NCBI GenBank assembly: GCA_965153285.1
Contig: OZ229114.1
DNA from: Podarcis tiliguerta
Taxonomy: Eukaryota
Strand: one strand, 5' to 3'
DNA: 64,000 nucleotides
Part shown: positions 24,466 to 38,334 of the stretch, one piece after another
Numbering within the stretch: the first letter of the stretch is position 1
Layout: every line of letters begins with the position of its first letter
Notes under the pieces: model-generated
What the model saw: the letters and a program-made list of their open reading frames with translations, nothing else
Database searches by the model: none
Told to the model about the DNA's origin: nothing
Made by a program: the position numbers and the translations under genes

Positions 24466-26719
24466 CCCATCTGCTGTCCTTCTAGAGTCAGCAGGATTTC
24501 CTTAAGTAGCCAGGTATTTGGCGTCAAGGACCAATTATTATCCACTTGACCGTACTGGGTTCTAGAAGTTGTTCAAAACAGCTGCGGTTAAGACCTGTTA
24601 TCCATTCACTCAGTATGATGTACACTACTCTTCAGGGTAGCTAATGTGAGAAAAAGGTACAGTGGCTTTGTGAAATCCAGTCCCAACTGTTTATCAGAGG
24701 GCCGAAAGGTTATGAACAAGTGTACATTTTTGTAGGTGCATTCCGTCCTGTAATTCTAATGTTGAATAGAAATATTAACACATGCTGAAACATGCTAAAT
24801 AGCTCACTGCCTAAGTGTTCACATGCTTGCCAGATACTGTTGTCTTTGTACTGATAGTCAGTGGGTTAATGGCTTTGGCTACTGGTTGCTCTGAGGGGGT
24901 TTCTGCCTTGGCTTCTAAACTTCATGCCCCCCCCTCTATTTGCCCATCTTATACTGATATGCTTGTTTTTCAATTTAATAAGTAATTTGCTGTCTGATAC
25001 TGTGCTATATACTTTGCTAAAGGCACAGAAAATAAGATCAACTCTGTTTCCTTTGTCCAATATAAAGTTTGGTCTCTATTTTTGCATTCTTGCTGACTTG
25101 CATCTCATTGCTCTTCTAATAAGCTTGGGAAGCAGCCTAAATCATAGATACTTCCTGTAATTAATTAATGCAACTTGTTCTGTGTAGCTAGACCCACTTT
25201 CAAATAAATCCAGAATAATGTACAAGAAATGTACTAGAAATACTCAACTGAAAGGAGCTGAAAGTTCAAATGACGTAGAAATTATTCCCAGTAAGCTTAA
25301 TTTAACTAAGCCAATAATACACCTTAAACTTCTTTTGAGCTCAAATTACTTTAATGAAGGTGTTAATTACTGAGGGATTAACACTACTTCCAAGTGATAA
25401 TGGATGGAGTCCATCAATAGCGGGTTAGAATAATATGGTTTTAGGGAACACAAGAATCTACCAAAGGATTACTTGCCAGGAATGGATGCTATTTCAAAGT
25501 AGAGGCAGGTCATAAGTGATGTGTGTTTTTCCCCTTAAATCGCAGCAGGCTTGAATGAGGGAAAGAAATTATCTCTCCATTGCGAGGGCAAAATATTTCT
25601 CTTTTTGGCACAGTTCAACAAAAGCAAAAATAACTGAATTTATCAATCCCTAATAGCTTTAGCTGACAGGATGCCAAAGGCAACTCATTCATGAAGTCAA
25701 TATTGGAAAGATATGGGGAAATTAAAATAATCAACTACCTGTATATAGAAGTGTTATTTACATATTTTGAAAATGTACTGCGTAGGGAAGACAGCAGGTA
25801 CAGAGTTCTAGAGTGAAAAGTAGCAATTCAATCTTACAATTTAACCATTTAAAATTCATAGCAATTAAGATTGCATGCTAAATTTCAAGCATTTGTTCGT
25901 ATTAATGGAACACAGCCGGTCACAACTGTGCTGTGACCTTTTTGTTTCTAAAGGTGGAAGCAAAGAGATTCCACAGACCTTTTGCATGGTATCTGCAGGG
26001 ATCCACCCTATCAATATTTGCTGATGACTCTTCTCCAGACAAAGTTCTTATAGTGACAGTGGTTACCAAGTAACTGAACTGCAATTGTGAGCTGCACAGG
26101 AGAAATCCAACCCAACGCAATCATGATAAGATGGAAGCCATGTTGGCTGGCAAGCCCTGCTACCTCAGGGAGATTGCAGTTCCCCTCATACTGGGTTACC
26201 TTTCCCTGTCACTCAGGTTCATTGCCTTGGAAGCTGTTGGATCTTAGCACTTCACCCGCCTTCTGGAGAGGCTTTCTGTATCTGCCATAGATTGTAGGAA
26301 GAACTACAGTGTGTCAAAACATCTGGTTTCAGTGCTTTGGTATATCAGTCAGCACAAGATGCCTCAGAGGAATTGCCAGGACTTACTAAATACCAGATGT
26401 GCTGAATCCCTGTTCTTTCTCAAACCACTCGTACTGGGCTTAATGGCCACTGAACTCAATCTAGTGCCAGCTGGCTACTCATGCTATCAAGTTTTAGTGT
26501 TCCTAATTCGAGGTTTGCTATTAGTGGTGCTGGAAAATAACAGTCTCTACTGTCTGCTTATGCTGCTCTACTTACTAAAGTTACTGGAGTCTCAAGTGAC
26601 TTCTGTGTGGTTGAGAGTGCTTACGACCAGTTTAGGCTGGTTCACCAGCTATGGCTGTTCGTGGACCAGGATAGCCTGGCCCCAGTTGTCCACATTTTGG
26701 TGACCTCCTGTTTGGAGCG

Positions 26720-27230
26720 CCGAAATGTGCTCTGTGTGGGGCAGCTCTTGAAGGCAACCTAGAGGCAGCAGCTAGTTGCAGAACCTAGCTGGTGGGTTGT
26801 TAAGCGGAGCAGCCTGATAGGACTTTGTGTCACCAGTCCTGAAAGCACAACAAGTGGTTACCAGGTCCAAAACGTTAGTATAGCAACGTTCTGGGAATAG
26901 TGCTTAAAGCCAAAATGGTGTGTAGTCAAAACACAATGGGTGCAATGGCAAGTGGGATTGCAACTTACCAGTACCTAAATGCCTGTAAGTTGCAGGCTTA
27001 CTGTACCATACTGTTAGCTAAAGGACTCTGGGCCCAAGTTCTTTATAAAGCAGCATCAACCATCTTGGGCCTTACAATGAGCAAGGGAGGCACTGCTGGT
27101 AGTGTCATCCCTGAGTGCTGCCCAGTTTGCATTGGCCTGTATCTCTCCTTCTCATTATTAATGTTTAGAAACAACTTACAAACATTCCTGTTTACGCAGG
27201 CTTTTGATGGCTGAATGGTAATCTTGAACT
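26720..27230 (+). mobile_element. Highly degraded L2-like LINE fragment
   Basis: Remnants such as gggcagctcttgaaggcaacctagaggcagcagctagttgcagaa and a terminal caggcttttga. Recognition by eye only. Confidence 0.35.
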
Positions 27231-27314
27231 TGTTGACTGTGAGGGTATGTGGTTTGTTTGTGTGCTTTTTTACATGTTTTTGTTTCATTTTTAATTGTTA
27301 GCAGAAGAGCTTTG

Positions 27315-27425
27315 ACTAAGTAATAGAGCCATCTACTTTGCTGTAGGTGTTCAATCCCTGGCATCTTCAGGTAGGGCTGGGAGAGTTCATTGGCTGAAAC
27401 CCTGGAGACCCACTGCCAGTGACTG
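27315..27425 (+). mobile_element. Degraded Squam3-like tRNA-derived SINE
   Basis: gttcaatccctggcatcttcaggtagggctggga...tgaaaccctggaga...ctgccagt core with B-box remnant. Confidence 0.6.
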
Positions 27426-28364
27426 CCTTTAAAAACAAAAAACACCACATTGATGTTTGCCTCATTATGCCAATAAAGGATGAATGAGTGAATGAATAAC
27501 CGTTTGCTGCCTTGGGCTCCTTTGGAAGAAAGAGCAGGATAGAAATTTAATAAATAAAGAAAATTAACTACTATTTGCTATCTTTTTTTTTTGTTACTAT
27601 ACTGGAAGACAGACTGACTAAATGTGGAAAAGTAATAAGAACAATGCATGACCAAAAATAAAAATGTCACTGAGCAAACTACAGAGTAAGTTCTGAGGAA
27701 AAATAATCCACCCCCACAGATCTGTTGTACTAATTCTTTTGACAATTTTGAGGGTGTTCTCCTAAGAATCTGCATGTTGGTGTTTGTCATTTGTCATTGG
27801 TTTCTTCACACACATGCTGAAAAGAAGTTTTTGGTTGCCCCAAAATAATGTGTTTCGCCTGAAGAGCACTATTCTTGTGAGGAGAGGCTTTATGGTTGAA
27901 GAATGATATTGAATGAAAATTCTGTCATGAGAAATCATTTTGTAAATGGTGCATATGCTTGATATTCAGTAGTTTTTGAGGTATTACCATTAGTCACTGA
28001 AGTTTTTAATGCTGCTTGCAAGCCTGCAATCAAATAGGTTTGATCAGAGTGTTAATAATTTGATATTTTGTAGGAACTGCTTCAATAAAACATTGTAGTC
28101 TCAAAAGTTACTTTTTTATTATTACTTTATTTCTTTTTATTTATATACTGTGTATATGCCCAAATGTCTTCTAAGTGGTTTACAACTATATAATAAAATT
28201 GTAATGCTGTTGTCCCGTTGCAATTCACCAATTGCCATTGCAATGGCCACCAATAGGCCACAGCAACTCCAGTGTGAGGACCAAACATCAGGCATCCATG
28301 TTGTGAAAGAACCCATTTCTTTCATTAAGTTTTTTACAGGCAAAGTTTATGTTGAGTTGTTGAC

Positions 28365-28419
<55 letters not shown>
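28365..28419. repeat. Compound (TG)n(AG)n microsatellite
   Basis: Direct observation. Confidence 0.95.
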
Positions 28420-28424
<5 letters not shown>

Positions 28425-28561
28425 ACAATGTAAAGCCTATAATGTCTACCTGGAAGTAAGCCCTGTTGAATTCAGTGGGATTTAGTCCCTGTCAAGTGTC
28501 CATACTGTTGCAGGCACAATATTCCAAATGAGCATTTGAAGCTTAAACCTGATGTTTTGGG

Positions 28562-28652
28562 AGCTGGAATCCTATATCTACTTTTACCTGGGAGTAAATA
28601 TTGTGGAACTCAATAGGACATCCTTCTAAGTCAACATGTATAGGATTGCACT
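28562..28652. repeat. Representative of a dispersed ~85-bp quasi-palindromic repeat family (aatcctat...ttacctgggagtaa...ataggatt)
   Basis: Related copies at approximately 14060-14230 (two), 28430-28515, 32055-32130, 39225-39310, 53985-54082 and 58300-58470. Confidence 0.65.
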
Positions 28653-30244
28653 GTCTGTGGTTTTCCCAGCAATTTGTTTAAACATAACAGCATTATTTGT
28701 CAAACATAACAGCAAAGGGATATAAATCGTGTTAATTAACACAAAATTAAATAAAGATGTGACTTTGCAGCAACATTTCCCCTCCCCAACAGTTGTGGAT
28801 TATTGCAACTCTTCTGATGAGTGGAGAGTGAAATATGTTTGGAATTTGTCCATGCACTGTTTTAAACATTGTGTTGTAAGTTCTGGAAAATGGTGACCTA
28901 AAACACTACTAATCCAACCAACTTTTACCTCTAAAATTGTTTTGTTGCTTTGTGCAAAAGGACTCTGTGTACAGGCTAACGGGCTACACAGAAACAACTT
29001 GTCCAGACCCCTTGCCCTTTGAAAACTGTCTGCCAGACGGCTCCTTTTCAAGCTGTAAACTCAAAAAGACAGTTCTTTTGCCACCGGTCCAGCTTATTCT
29101 TTAATGATGAGAAAGGAGGCACTACAATTAAACAATGTTTCTTTGTGTTTGTATTCAGGGTTGCTATAGCATAAGTGGTGCCTGCCTTACTCGATTTTAT
29201 CAACCTTGCGACTTTCTATGACCTTTCTTTAGAAAAAAATAATAATGCTTGACTTCTAAAACAGGATTAGCAAAAGTTGTAGCATCAAAATATTTTCTGG
29301 GTATTCTAGCAGAGCAACCGCCTTGTTTGCACAATTCCTATCTAACATCCTGCTTTCTCCCCCACCCCCCACCCCTTGCATACGGTCCTTAGTTCATTTG
29401 AAGTCCTAAGGAATTAGCAGTATATAATATAACAAGACCAGGCATCTCTCAGAATTTACCTCAAGGTCTAGATTTAAAGAAAGCACTCTGCCCTTTGGGG
29501 GAATTTAGGTTGTTAAGGATTAGTATGAACCCAAATAACTTTTGACTTTTTCAGAGCAGAACAATTCCCTGTGGTTCAGCTGTCATAACCCCTGAGTTTA
29601 TGTATTTATATACACTTACAAATGTGTGAGAGATTATATCCCCATTATAGTGACAGCTAATATCTTCACTTAAGGATGTCAATTTGAAACAGATGTACAT
29701 ATCTTAAAAGGAAAGTAAGGGCAATCTATTGTTAATGTTCAGACTTTATCCTTCATTGCAGTATCTAAATAGATTTTACTATTGAATTTTATTTTATTTT
29801 TAAATGCATTCCTGTTAATGTGATTGTCCTGTTCTCATATTTATAGCTAATGTACCTCACAGTGTTTAGTAGACCAGTTTAAGACTCTATTGACACTTAA
29901 GATGAAACTACAAAGTCTGATGAAATATATCTTTGAAAATACATCCCTCCTGATACATTTGACGTATCCCACCCCAATTAATATTGTTTTAGTTGTGCTT
30001 TATGCATAGGAACAATTTGTCCTTGTTATAAATTATATATTGTCAGGGAGAATATCTGGATTTTAGTAAGACTGATGTATCTGAACTTACATAAAAAAAA
30101 CAATGAAGAAACTGGACAGAACACCCCCCTTTCTCCCTGTTTCTAAAACATTATCTTCATCATTCCATAGACCTGCTCCTTTGGAGAGGGAGGGACTTGT
30201 TCCTTTTACTCATTTACATTTCTTGACTTCCCTTCCTTCTAAGG

Positions 30245-30376
30245 CATGAATGGGGAACCTTTAGCCCTCCAGAAGTTGTTGAACATCCACCAGCCGCAGT
30301 AAGTACAGCCATTGGCCAGGGATGATGGGAGTTTGAGTTCAGCAACATCTGGAGGACCAGAAGCTCCCCACACCTG
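30245..30376. mobile_element. Palindromic hAT-type MITE (cctccaga...catctggagg family), older copy
   Basis: Degenerate TIRs (tggggaacc / gctcccca); imperfect 8-bp TSD ttctaagg/tcataagg; same family as the copies near 61 kb. Confidence 0.65.
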
Positions 30377-31666
30377 TCATAAGGCATTCAGGTTAACAGA
30401 TGTGTTTTTGCCTAAGCAGGCTACCACAGATTTTCCTCAAGGAGAATGTGAAAATGTACCAGTGGGTAATATGCCCTGGGGAAGTATCCCAAGGGCCAGA
30501 TAGAGAGGTTTGGAGAGCCAAATCTCCTGGACTAACATCTGTCTGCTACAGCAGCCATTTCCTCTGAGATCTGCAGTGACCCAGAGCTTCCAGTGCAGAA
30601 CAGCAGCTGGAACATCTGAAATCTTATGAATGCCTTTGCCCCTCTCTAGTAACCCTTGTCTGTTTTGTTGTCAGATGCTTCAAGAACCTTGGTTAGTAAA
30701 TAGTGTATAAATATTCTGAAACATTTAGCAATCTAAACCTACAGGGCTCAACAGGTAGTTGAAAGACTCTTTTACTTGAGTGCTGCTGGTTTCCTTGTTC
30801 ATTGACTACAGTTTTGAATGGGTTTGTGTTGTGCCGTGTTTGAGACAGCGGTAATCCCATATTCAGCTCTCTGTCAAATTCTGTATCTAATGGCTCTGAA
30901 ATGTTTTCTGATTAAAGCAGGGATGCTAGTCATATTCGTTGTTGGCCAAAAAAATATATAAAATTGTCTTGCATATAAAGACATAAAGTCTCATAGCGAA
31001 CATAGTTCACAATTGCATATGTTTAGCAGGGGTTACTTTAGGAGGAAACGTTGGCCAGCCTTTTAGGTTTTTAATTAAGAAGGTCACAATCAATTATAGC
31101 TGAATTTCAAAGAATTTAGCAATTAGCTGTAATCTGCAGTTCCCAGCGGGAGGCTTTCATACTATTAAAAAGAGATTGTTTCCATCTCTGATCAAAGCCA
31201 AAATAAAACTAACAAGATTATAAAATATTTTGTGTGTCTTATGCAGCACACTATACCGCTGTGTTAGTGATCGGGGTTTTCTTTTATTTTTTAATGCTAT
31301 CTTTTGGTTTGATTTATTTTTTAACATTTTATGTGTAGGGGCCAGTACTTCATGAATGGTGACAACTTATCTGTTCCATTAAGCAAGTGGAGCAATTTGG
31401 CCTTTTCCTTTTCCCTTTTTTAAAAAAGAGTATGTGAATAGCTTTGAATATTTTAAAGTAAATAATAAAAATGCAGTCTACGGTAACCTAAAGTTTTTGA
31501 CATAAGTATTCATGTCATCGAAGTTAAAGTAAGCTGAATTGATGGGTTCTTTCAACGATCTAGGGTATGTGCCGAGTTTTGTACTTTTTTTTAAAAAAAA
31601 GTTCTAATTTGCACTTTCCAATGAATTTAAACTTTCTAGATTTGTACCTACTTAAAAGAATGTTTG

Positions 31667-31680
31667 TGACCTTTTGACCC
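31667..31680 (-). promoter_or_regulatory. Consensus DR2 nuclear-receptor element (candidate RARE): GGGTCA-aa-AGGTCA
   Basis: The plus strand reads TGACCT tt TGACCC; both half-sites match RGKTCA. Function is untested. Confidence 0.4.
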
Positions 31681-34600
31681 TTTTGTTATCCCTAATTCAG
31701 AAAGGCCTTTATTCTGTAAAAGCTTAGGTATTAAAAAAGAAAGAAAGAAAGAAAGAAAGAAAGAAGAGCGAAAAAGAGGGGGGGGGGAGACGTTAATGGC
31801 ATAACAGTCCTTTCTGGTCATCCTGTGTAAGATGTTTATGCAAAATGTCAATAGAAGCAATTGGCCTAACAGTGTGACAACTTACTTTGCTTGGAAATGG
31901 GCTAATCTCCTGTTTGGGTTATCCAGAGGTCAGGTAGGGATTTCTTTCCTCGCTCCCCATAGTGCAGGGCTATACACTTTTACAAGCTTTGTTGGGCTGA
32001 GGCCCAAATCTTCCCTACCCTGATGAGTCCCGGTTATCTGCCAAGGAAAACAGCATGCTTATCCCTGAGCACTGCAAGTTAAGCCCCGTTTATTTTAATG
32101 GAGCTTGTTTCCGAATAAAAGTGCACCTTGGGTCTCAACTTTGGTGTGCATTTAGTTACCCCTGAACGTGCACCCCCCCTTTTGCATGCAAAGGATGCAT
32201 TCACCCCACAACTAATGGGCAATTTTTATCCTCCTTTATTATGTCAAGTTAAGCGGCAGAAACCCTGTCCCATTAACAAACTCAGAGGGGAATGGGTGTG
32301 CATATTTATACAAGTACCTGAGTTTAGGATTGGAGTGCCAAACATGCATGTTTTCTGCCCCTTGAAAATGGTTCTGCTTTAACATGTGCTTCCTTTGCTT
32401 CTAGAGGGGGACTAGCTGATATTATCATCCATTCTTTCAAAGAATTCATTAGAGGCCTAGTCCTGTCCCTTCCTGAAGTTCATGTGGAAATCCCCCCCCC
32501 CCATCAAACATTGTCGTCCTTCAGAGCTTGCCACCACTGCCCTGTCACAGCAGGCTGGAACTCAATAAGTGCTCAGGCAAGCATGGAGGGCCATGAAATA
32601 GGCCTTGGCAGGTTGCATGCTGTGAACTCCTGGCTCAGTGAATCAGCTTCTGTGTGTTTTTATAACAGCCTTTTCCCCCCTCTGTTAATTACGCCCAGAG
32701 GCTGTGGAAAGGCAGCATTTACCTGTTGAAACAGACTAAGCAGCAAGTGTTCTGACATGTTTATCAGGCAAATTGTATCTGACAAAAGGTAATTACACAT
32801 GCAATCAGGTCTAGAAGTATCTGATTGATTACAGGTTAATAATAAAACTGTTTAGCATTGGGTACAATTTTTTGGTTGGAGGAAAGTTGTGTAAATCTGA
32901 ATAACTAGTACTCAAGGGTATAAATATTTTGGGATGTGGACTTTAACTCATAACCTTTTTAAACAACAACAACAACAACAACAGATATTCAACTTACAAC
33001 TTCTATTGGACAACTTCTTTGTGGACATTTCAGTCCATTTCTGTTAATTAAAATTAATCTGCAAATGAGCATCTCGCTGTATATAGAACCTTATCTTCTT
33101 TAATTATTTTGGAGTTTGATCATGAATGAATCCAGCACATATGGCATTTCCATTGTTGCTTTTCTTTCCCAGCCAACTGTCTTGAAGGAGCTGTACTCCT
33201 CAAAGGACTATCTACAAAGAATACTGTATGGCTTTTATGTGTGGGACTTGAATATACCTGAAAGAGCAGGCTAGTGGGACATCACTATATGCGGATTAGC
33301 TTACACATGACTGTGTTCCTATATAATGCATCACAGTGAGTTTCTCATTTATACATTAAAAAATTGACATTCAGTGCAAGGTCACCTATGTCTGAAGAAT
33401 AGCTGAAATGTTGGCCAAAATCACTTAAGGACAATGAGAGTTAACAAATAATCTGGATAAAAATTCAGCCTTGTACCTACAGTCTTCAAACTGAACCTAA
33501 AGGAATCTAGTGACAGGAAAGAAAATCCTAAACCACAAAGGTTATTCAAAGCAAGCAACAAATGTCCTTTTTATCTTGCAACTAAATCGCTGAGTGGTGT
33601 ATTTGAAGATGTGAATTAGGTTCAAATAGTGGGGCACATAACTTGGGGTCAGCTATAGGAATTCCTCACACAAATGTCTTCCCACATATTCTTTTGTTCT
33701 TTTGATACTAGTCAGGCTGCAGGGTTCAGCCTTAGCTCTTTGAGGGTTCAAATAGCAGGGAGTTAACTCATTACTGGGCAGCCGATACAACAAATGGATT
33801 TCCAAGCACCCATATGTTAGAAAGGAACAGAACTTTTAAAAATATAGCTAATTCAAAGACTTCTTTTGGATCTAGCACTTACCCCCATGCCTTGCACGAA
33901 GATGGCTTTTTAATTTATGGGATCAGGTTTACCAGATTGTCTCATGACCATCTAGTAGCTAAGATAACTATTCTTATAATATAGACAGACTAGCAGAATG
34001 TCAGTCCTAAGCATATTACAGGGAAACAATTGCCACTGATTTCAACCAGTGCATTGGGAATGAATCATTATTAGAAAATATTATTTTAAAATGCAGTTGT
34101 GTTCAAATCCTATGTATAAAAGCCATGTACAATTCTTTGTAGATGTTCTCTCATCGAGAGTATTTGATTGTATTTTTATTTGTTGTTATAAATTAATAGG
34201 CACACCAGGACCTTTGCAGTGAATAATACTTACTAAGCATAATGCAATGAAGACAACAAAATGTTTGTTAAAATTTTAATGGTATTAAAATCAGAAACTT
34301 TAGAGGAACTTTTATAAAGGAAAAATGATTTTGATCAGATCTAGGGCAAACAAGTTATAAGGAGAGATGTATAGAAAATAATAAGTCTTTTAATAGAGGT
34401 TTAATGTACTTAGACTTTTGCTAAAAACATTTATTACACTTATTACACTATCTTTTATACTTTTTTATTTAGTTAGTTTATATAGGACCATTGTATTGTA
34501 GCACTCAAGGGAACTTGCATTAATCTTTGAAAAACAACAAATCCAATTACAAATGTGGCAAATTATATTAGGAGCAGATTGAAACAAATCCACCAACTTA

Positions 34601-35455
34601 AAAACATAAAAACCATGACAATGACCATTTAAAACAATTAAGACACCTGGGTGGCTCCAGTTAGCCACTGAGAAAATAATACGTTACATTAAAGGCACAA
34701 TCTTATAATTGAGGTCCACTAGCTGAAGGACTTTACCTGCAGGTACCTACTGTGCTGGCCAATGGTGCATCTCCATCTTGTGGAACAGTTGCTGGCATAG
34801 TGCTCTGTTGGCAGAGCTGGAATAGCTCTGTCAGCAAACTTACACTGGCAGCATAGCTAAAGACTGGTACAGTCAAATGGTGGAGTCGCTGCTTGCAGGA
34901 AGCGTGAAGCTTGCAGGAAGTGAGAGTGGGAGGCGCAAGGCAACAAGGGAGGTGGCGCTGTGCAAACGCCCTGGTAGAGCCAACATCGTGTTCCTGCTGG
35001 TATGTTTGCACAGTGCTGACCTCCCTGTCCGCAGAAGGTCAAATAAGAACCACCACCACTCCCCACCCCACCATTCATTATTTTTATATATATATATATT
35101 AATAATTATTTTCCAATATACACCCAATAATAGCCAAATTATAACAATAACAATTAATTTCTAAATTATATAATTATAAAAATGCCAATCAACTTCCATT
35201 TAATACATTTTAGTTAAAGTGACTCTTGTATGATGGTTTGGGTGCATTTCCGATCTTATATCACTGTGTTCCATGTCAATTACATTTCAGTTAAAACAAT
35301 AATCCATTAGTCAACAGCTACATATTTAATGATTTCCATTTGTCACGTTACAATATGTAAATCTATAGCTTCAAGTGAGGAACTCAAACTATTATCTTCA
35401 TTCTTCCCTGTGTGTGAAAACTGTTATGTTCATGGAGATTCTTTCTGTCCACATA

Positions 35456-35680
35456 CAGTGGTAAGAACAGCTTAGTTTATGAACAACTTGGATTTAGAAT
35501 GCTGCAAACCCGAAGTAGGTGTTTTGGTTTGTGAACTTTGCCTTGGAATAAGAACATGTTTCGCTTCCTGTTGAGTGTGTTCCATTTGGAAATTGAGTCC
35601 CCCGCTGCAATGGGAAAGCATGGCTTGGTTTAAGAAGGGACTTCCAGTATGCTTTAAGTTCGTAAACCAAGGTACCACTG
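35456..35680. mobile_element. Tc1/mariner-superfamily MITE, partly deleted left TIR
   Basis: TA|CAGTGGTA...GGTACCACTG|TA; same terminus class as 19172-19394. Confidence 0.75.
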
Positions 35681-38291
35681 TATGGTGTCTCTTTCACTTC
35701 CCAGCTGTTGTTTTCTCCAATCATGACTTGGAGAGCAACTGAATCTTGAAGTTTTTCAGAGGTCTTGTCTCTCCATCCCTTGCTTCAATGTCTCAGAACA
35801 GGTGACTGTTATAAACCATTCTGTCTCACTAGTAAAACATGTCACAGATCTTCATCATTTCCCCCTCAGCCTAGGAAAAGGTGGGCAGTTTTTGAACATA
35901 CTGAAGATTTAATACTCCTTTCCAACTCCCAGAATCTCTGCAGCATTCTTATCACAGCCCCCAAATTCTTTTCCTTCAGCTAGAGATTTATGGCCCAATT
36001 AAACATTATTCTGGATTGCTTTCCATCAGTAGCACAAACAAATCTCAGTCTCTTTTTCCTTGTCTTTTGTTTTTAATTGGAGGTGAGGGGAATTATGCTG
36101 TCTTTCCAACAGTCATACTTGAGCTTCCCCTCCTTTCTTCATTTCAGATCACACACAGTTCATATCAATATTACTCCAACGTTCCTTCCTCACTTGTAAA
36201 TATCTTTTTGTCTTGTATTCTGGAGAGGGTTGCTGAATCCTAAATATATAAAAGAAACTTGGAATAAACAAACCATGAGCTTCCCTCTCCCCAACTGAGA
36301 ATGAGTTCCCTCTCTTCCAAGTATTATACCAGCCTTTTTAGTGAGAGGAGAGGACCTGGACAGGAAACATCCCTGACATCTCCAGGAGGTAGAGCTGGAA
36401 GAGACAGTCTCCTTGTCTGAGGGCTGTTGCCAGTCAGTGTGAGCGTAATTGAGCCAAATGGACCAATGAACTGTCTTGGTATATAAGGCAGGTTCTTAAA
36501 ATGGAAGCAGCTGCTCATAGCAAAGCTCTGACCGTTGGGATTAAGAACATGCCAGGAACTGTTCGCAAGGTTGACAAGCTGTGTTTTGATGGAGCAAATC
36601 CAAAAACAAAACAAAAAATAACACCACCAGGATTGCTTAAAAGCTCATGATTATGGCAAGCTTATAAATTCGTTCAGCAAAATTGTTTGCTCTGTTTATG
36701 AATAATCCAAGGGCCGACAGAGAACCCTTCTCCCAGAGCATCAAAGACACAGTAACAAAAGCAGATTTAGCCATAATTTTGTTTCATGCAGACCTGGGAC
36801 TTTTGGAAGACCATTTCAGATGCGGCTGAATGTGAGAGATCTTGAAATCCAGGAAATCTTTTCCTTATTTCGATTTCAGACTCTGAAATCTTCAGTAACT
36901 CTAAGACGAAAGTGGTCAGAGAATGTGTACCTGTGGTTTAGTAATCTAGCCCATTATTTCCTATTCCTTCTACATTATGTAGCATTGTCTGCCACTTTTG
37001 TTGCATTAAATTGGACTTCACACTTCCGTTACCTTTTTGGTGTCTTCAAAGAATAAATGCACGCGAATGTGCCTTTCAGGTTTAGCTAAGCATTGTTTAG
37101 GAAAGATGGACATCCTAAAACGTCATTCTTTGATTATGCAAAACATGCCTGCATATAATGCCTTTTTTTCTAGCGTCTCTTAAAGTATGTATAGATTCTG
37201 TGTGTTTCCTTTACTATGATATTACTTGCCCCTCTATTCTTGTCCTTCTCTAGCTGTCTGTTTTGTTAGGTGCAATAAGAAAATGAATCCTGAGAGGACA
37301 GGTAACATTAATTTCCCATTAATTGCCTTAATTTCCCCCCATCTTTTCTTTGTCTGAGATACCATTCATGCAGTTGCTTTCCTGAGAAATGCGTTGAATT
37401 TGAGAGGGGTAATGAAGTTGCAGCAGGCTCCTTCCATTTATGGAAAATGATGCTCTTAACCTGCACATCTAGCAAGTCATCAGTGGCTGGATCCAGAGGA
37501 ACTTAGTCATGCTTTAGTTCTTCCAAAATCAGTGGGACTCAAGTTGTTATGAGTAGTGCATAACTAACTTCCTCTGGATCCAACCCAATACATTTAGGCA
37601 GTTAAGGGCAACCACTTTTTGAAAAAGCAACTCCAAGTAAAACTTTAAAGTTAACACTGTGTCCCAGAGCCAACATTTGCTAATGTGGAAAGGCTCAAAA
37701 CTGGGAACTAGTGTAGAGCACAACCATGTTAATAGCACCTGTATTCACACCAACTAGATCTGTGTGCCACAGTCTGGGAAACAATTAAGACAAAAGTTCA
37801 AAACACTGACATCCCCATAAACAGTTGTAAGCTGGTGTATATATTTTTGGCAGAGGTATCTGCCTTATGATTGGACTTGCCCTCAAATTCTTTTCCTGTT
37901 CCACCTTTATATTAATTACAGGACTTAAATCTCCTAGGATTATATGCCTCTACTGTTTCAGTGGAAATGATCATGTGCACTCTGTTTCCTCTGATGAATT
38001 CTGAGTCACAGTAGCATCTTGAGCCAAATCAGAAAAGATTACAGGCATTACGTCATGTACATCTTCGAGAACACAACCACACACACACACACACACACAC
38101 ACGGTGTCTAATTTACAAATATATAAACACACACACACTCGTATGCATATTCCCACACATTCTCTCTTACACAAACACTCCTATATTGATGTATGTTTTT
38201 GTTATTGCTGGTTTTATAACTTTAAAAAACAAAAAAAAACTTTGGTTATCTTATTATGGAAACTCGATTGAGTTTTTACCCCCAAAGATGG

Positions 38292-38293
<2 letters not shown>

Positions 38294-38332
<39 letters not shown>
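38294..38332. repeat. (TA)n microsatellite
   Basis: Direct observation. Confidence 0.95.

Positions 38333-38334
<2 letters not shown>

Noticed and set aside
35040-36300. Possible decayed L1/Tx1-like LINE on the minus strand around the MITE
   Set aside because: Impression only; no translatable RT or endonuclease motif that I could support.
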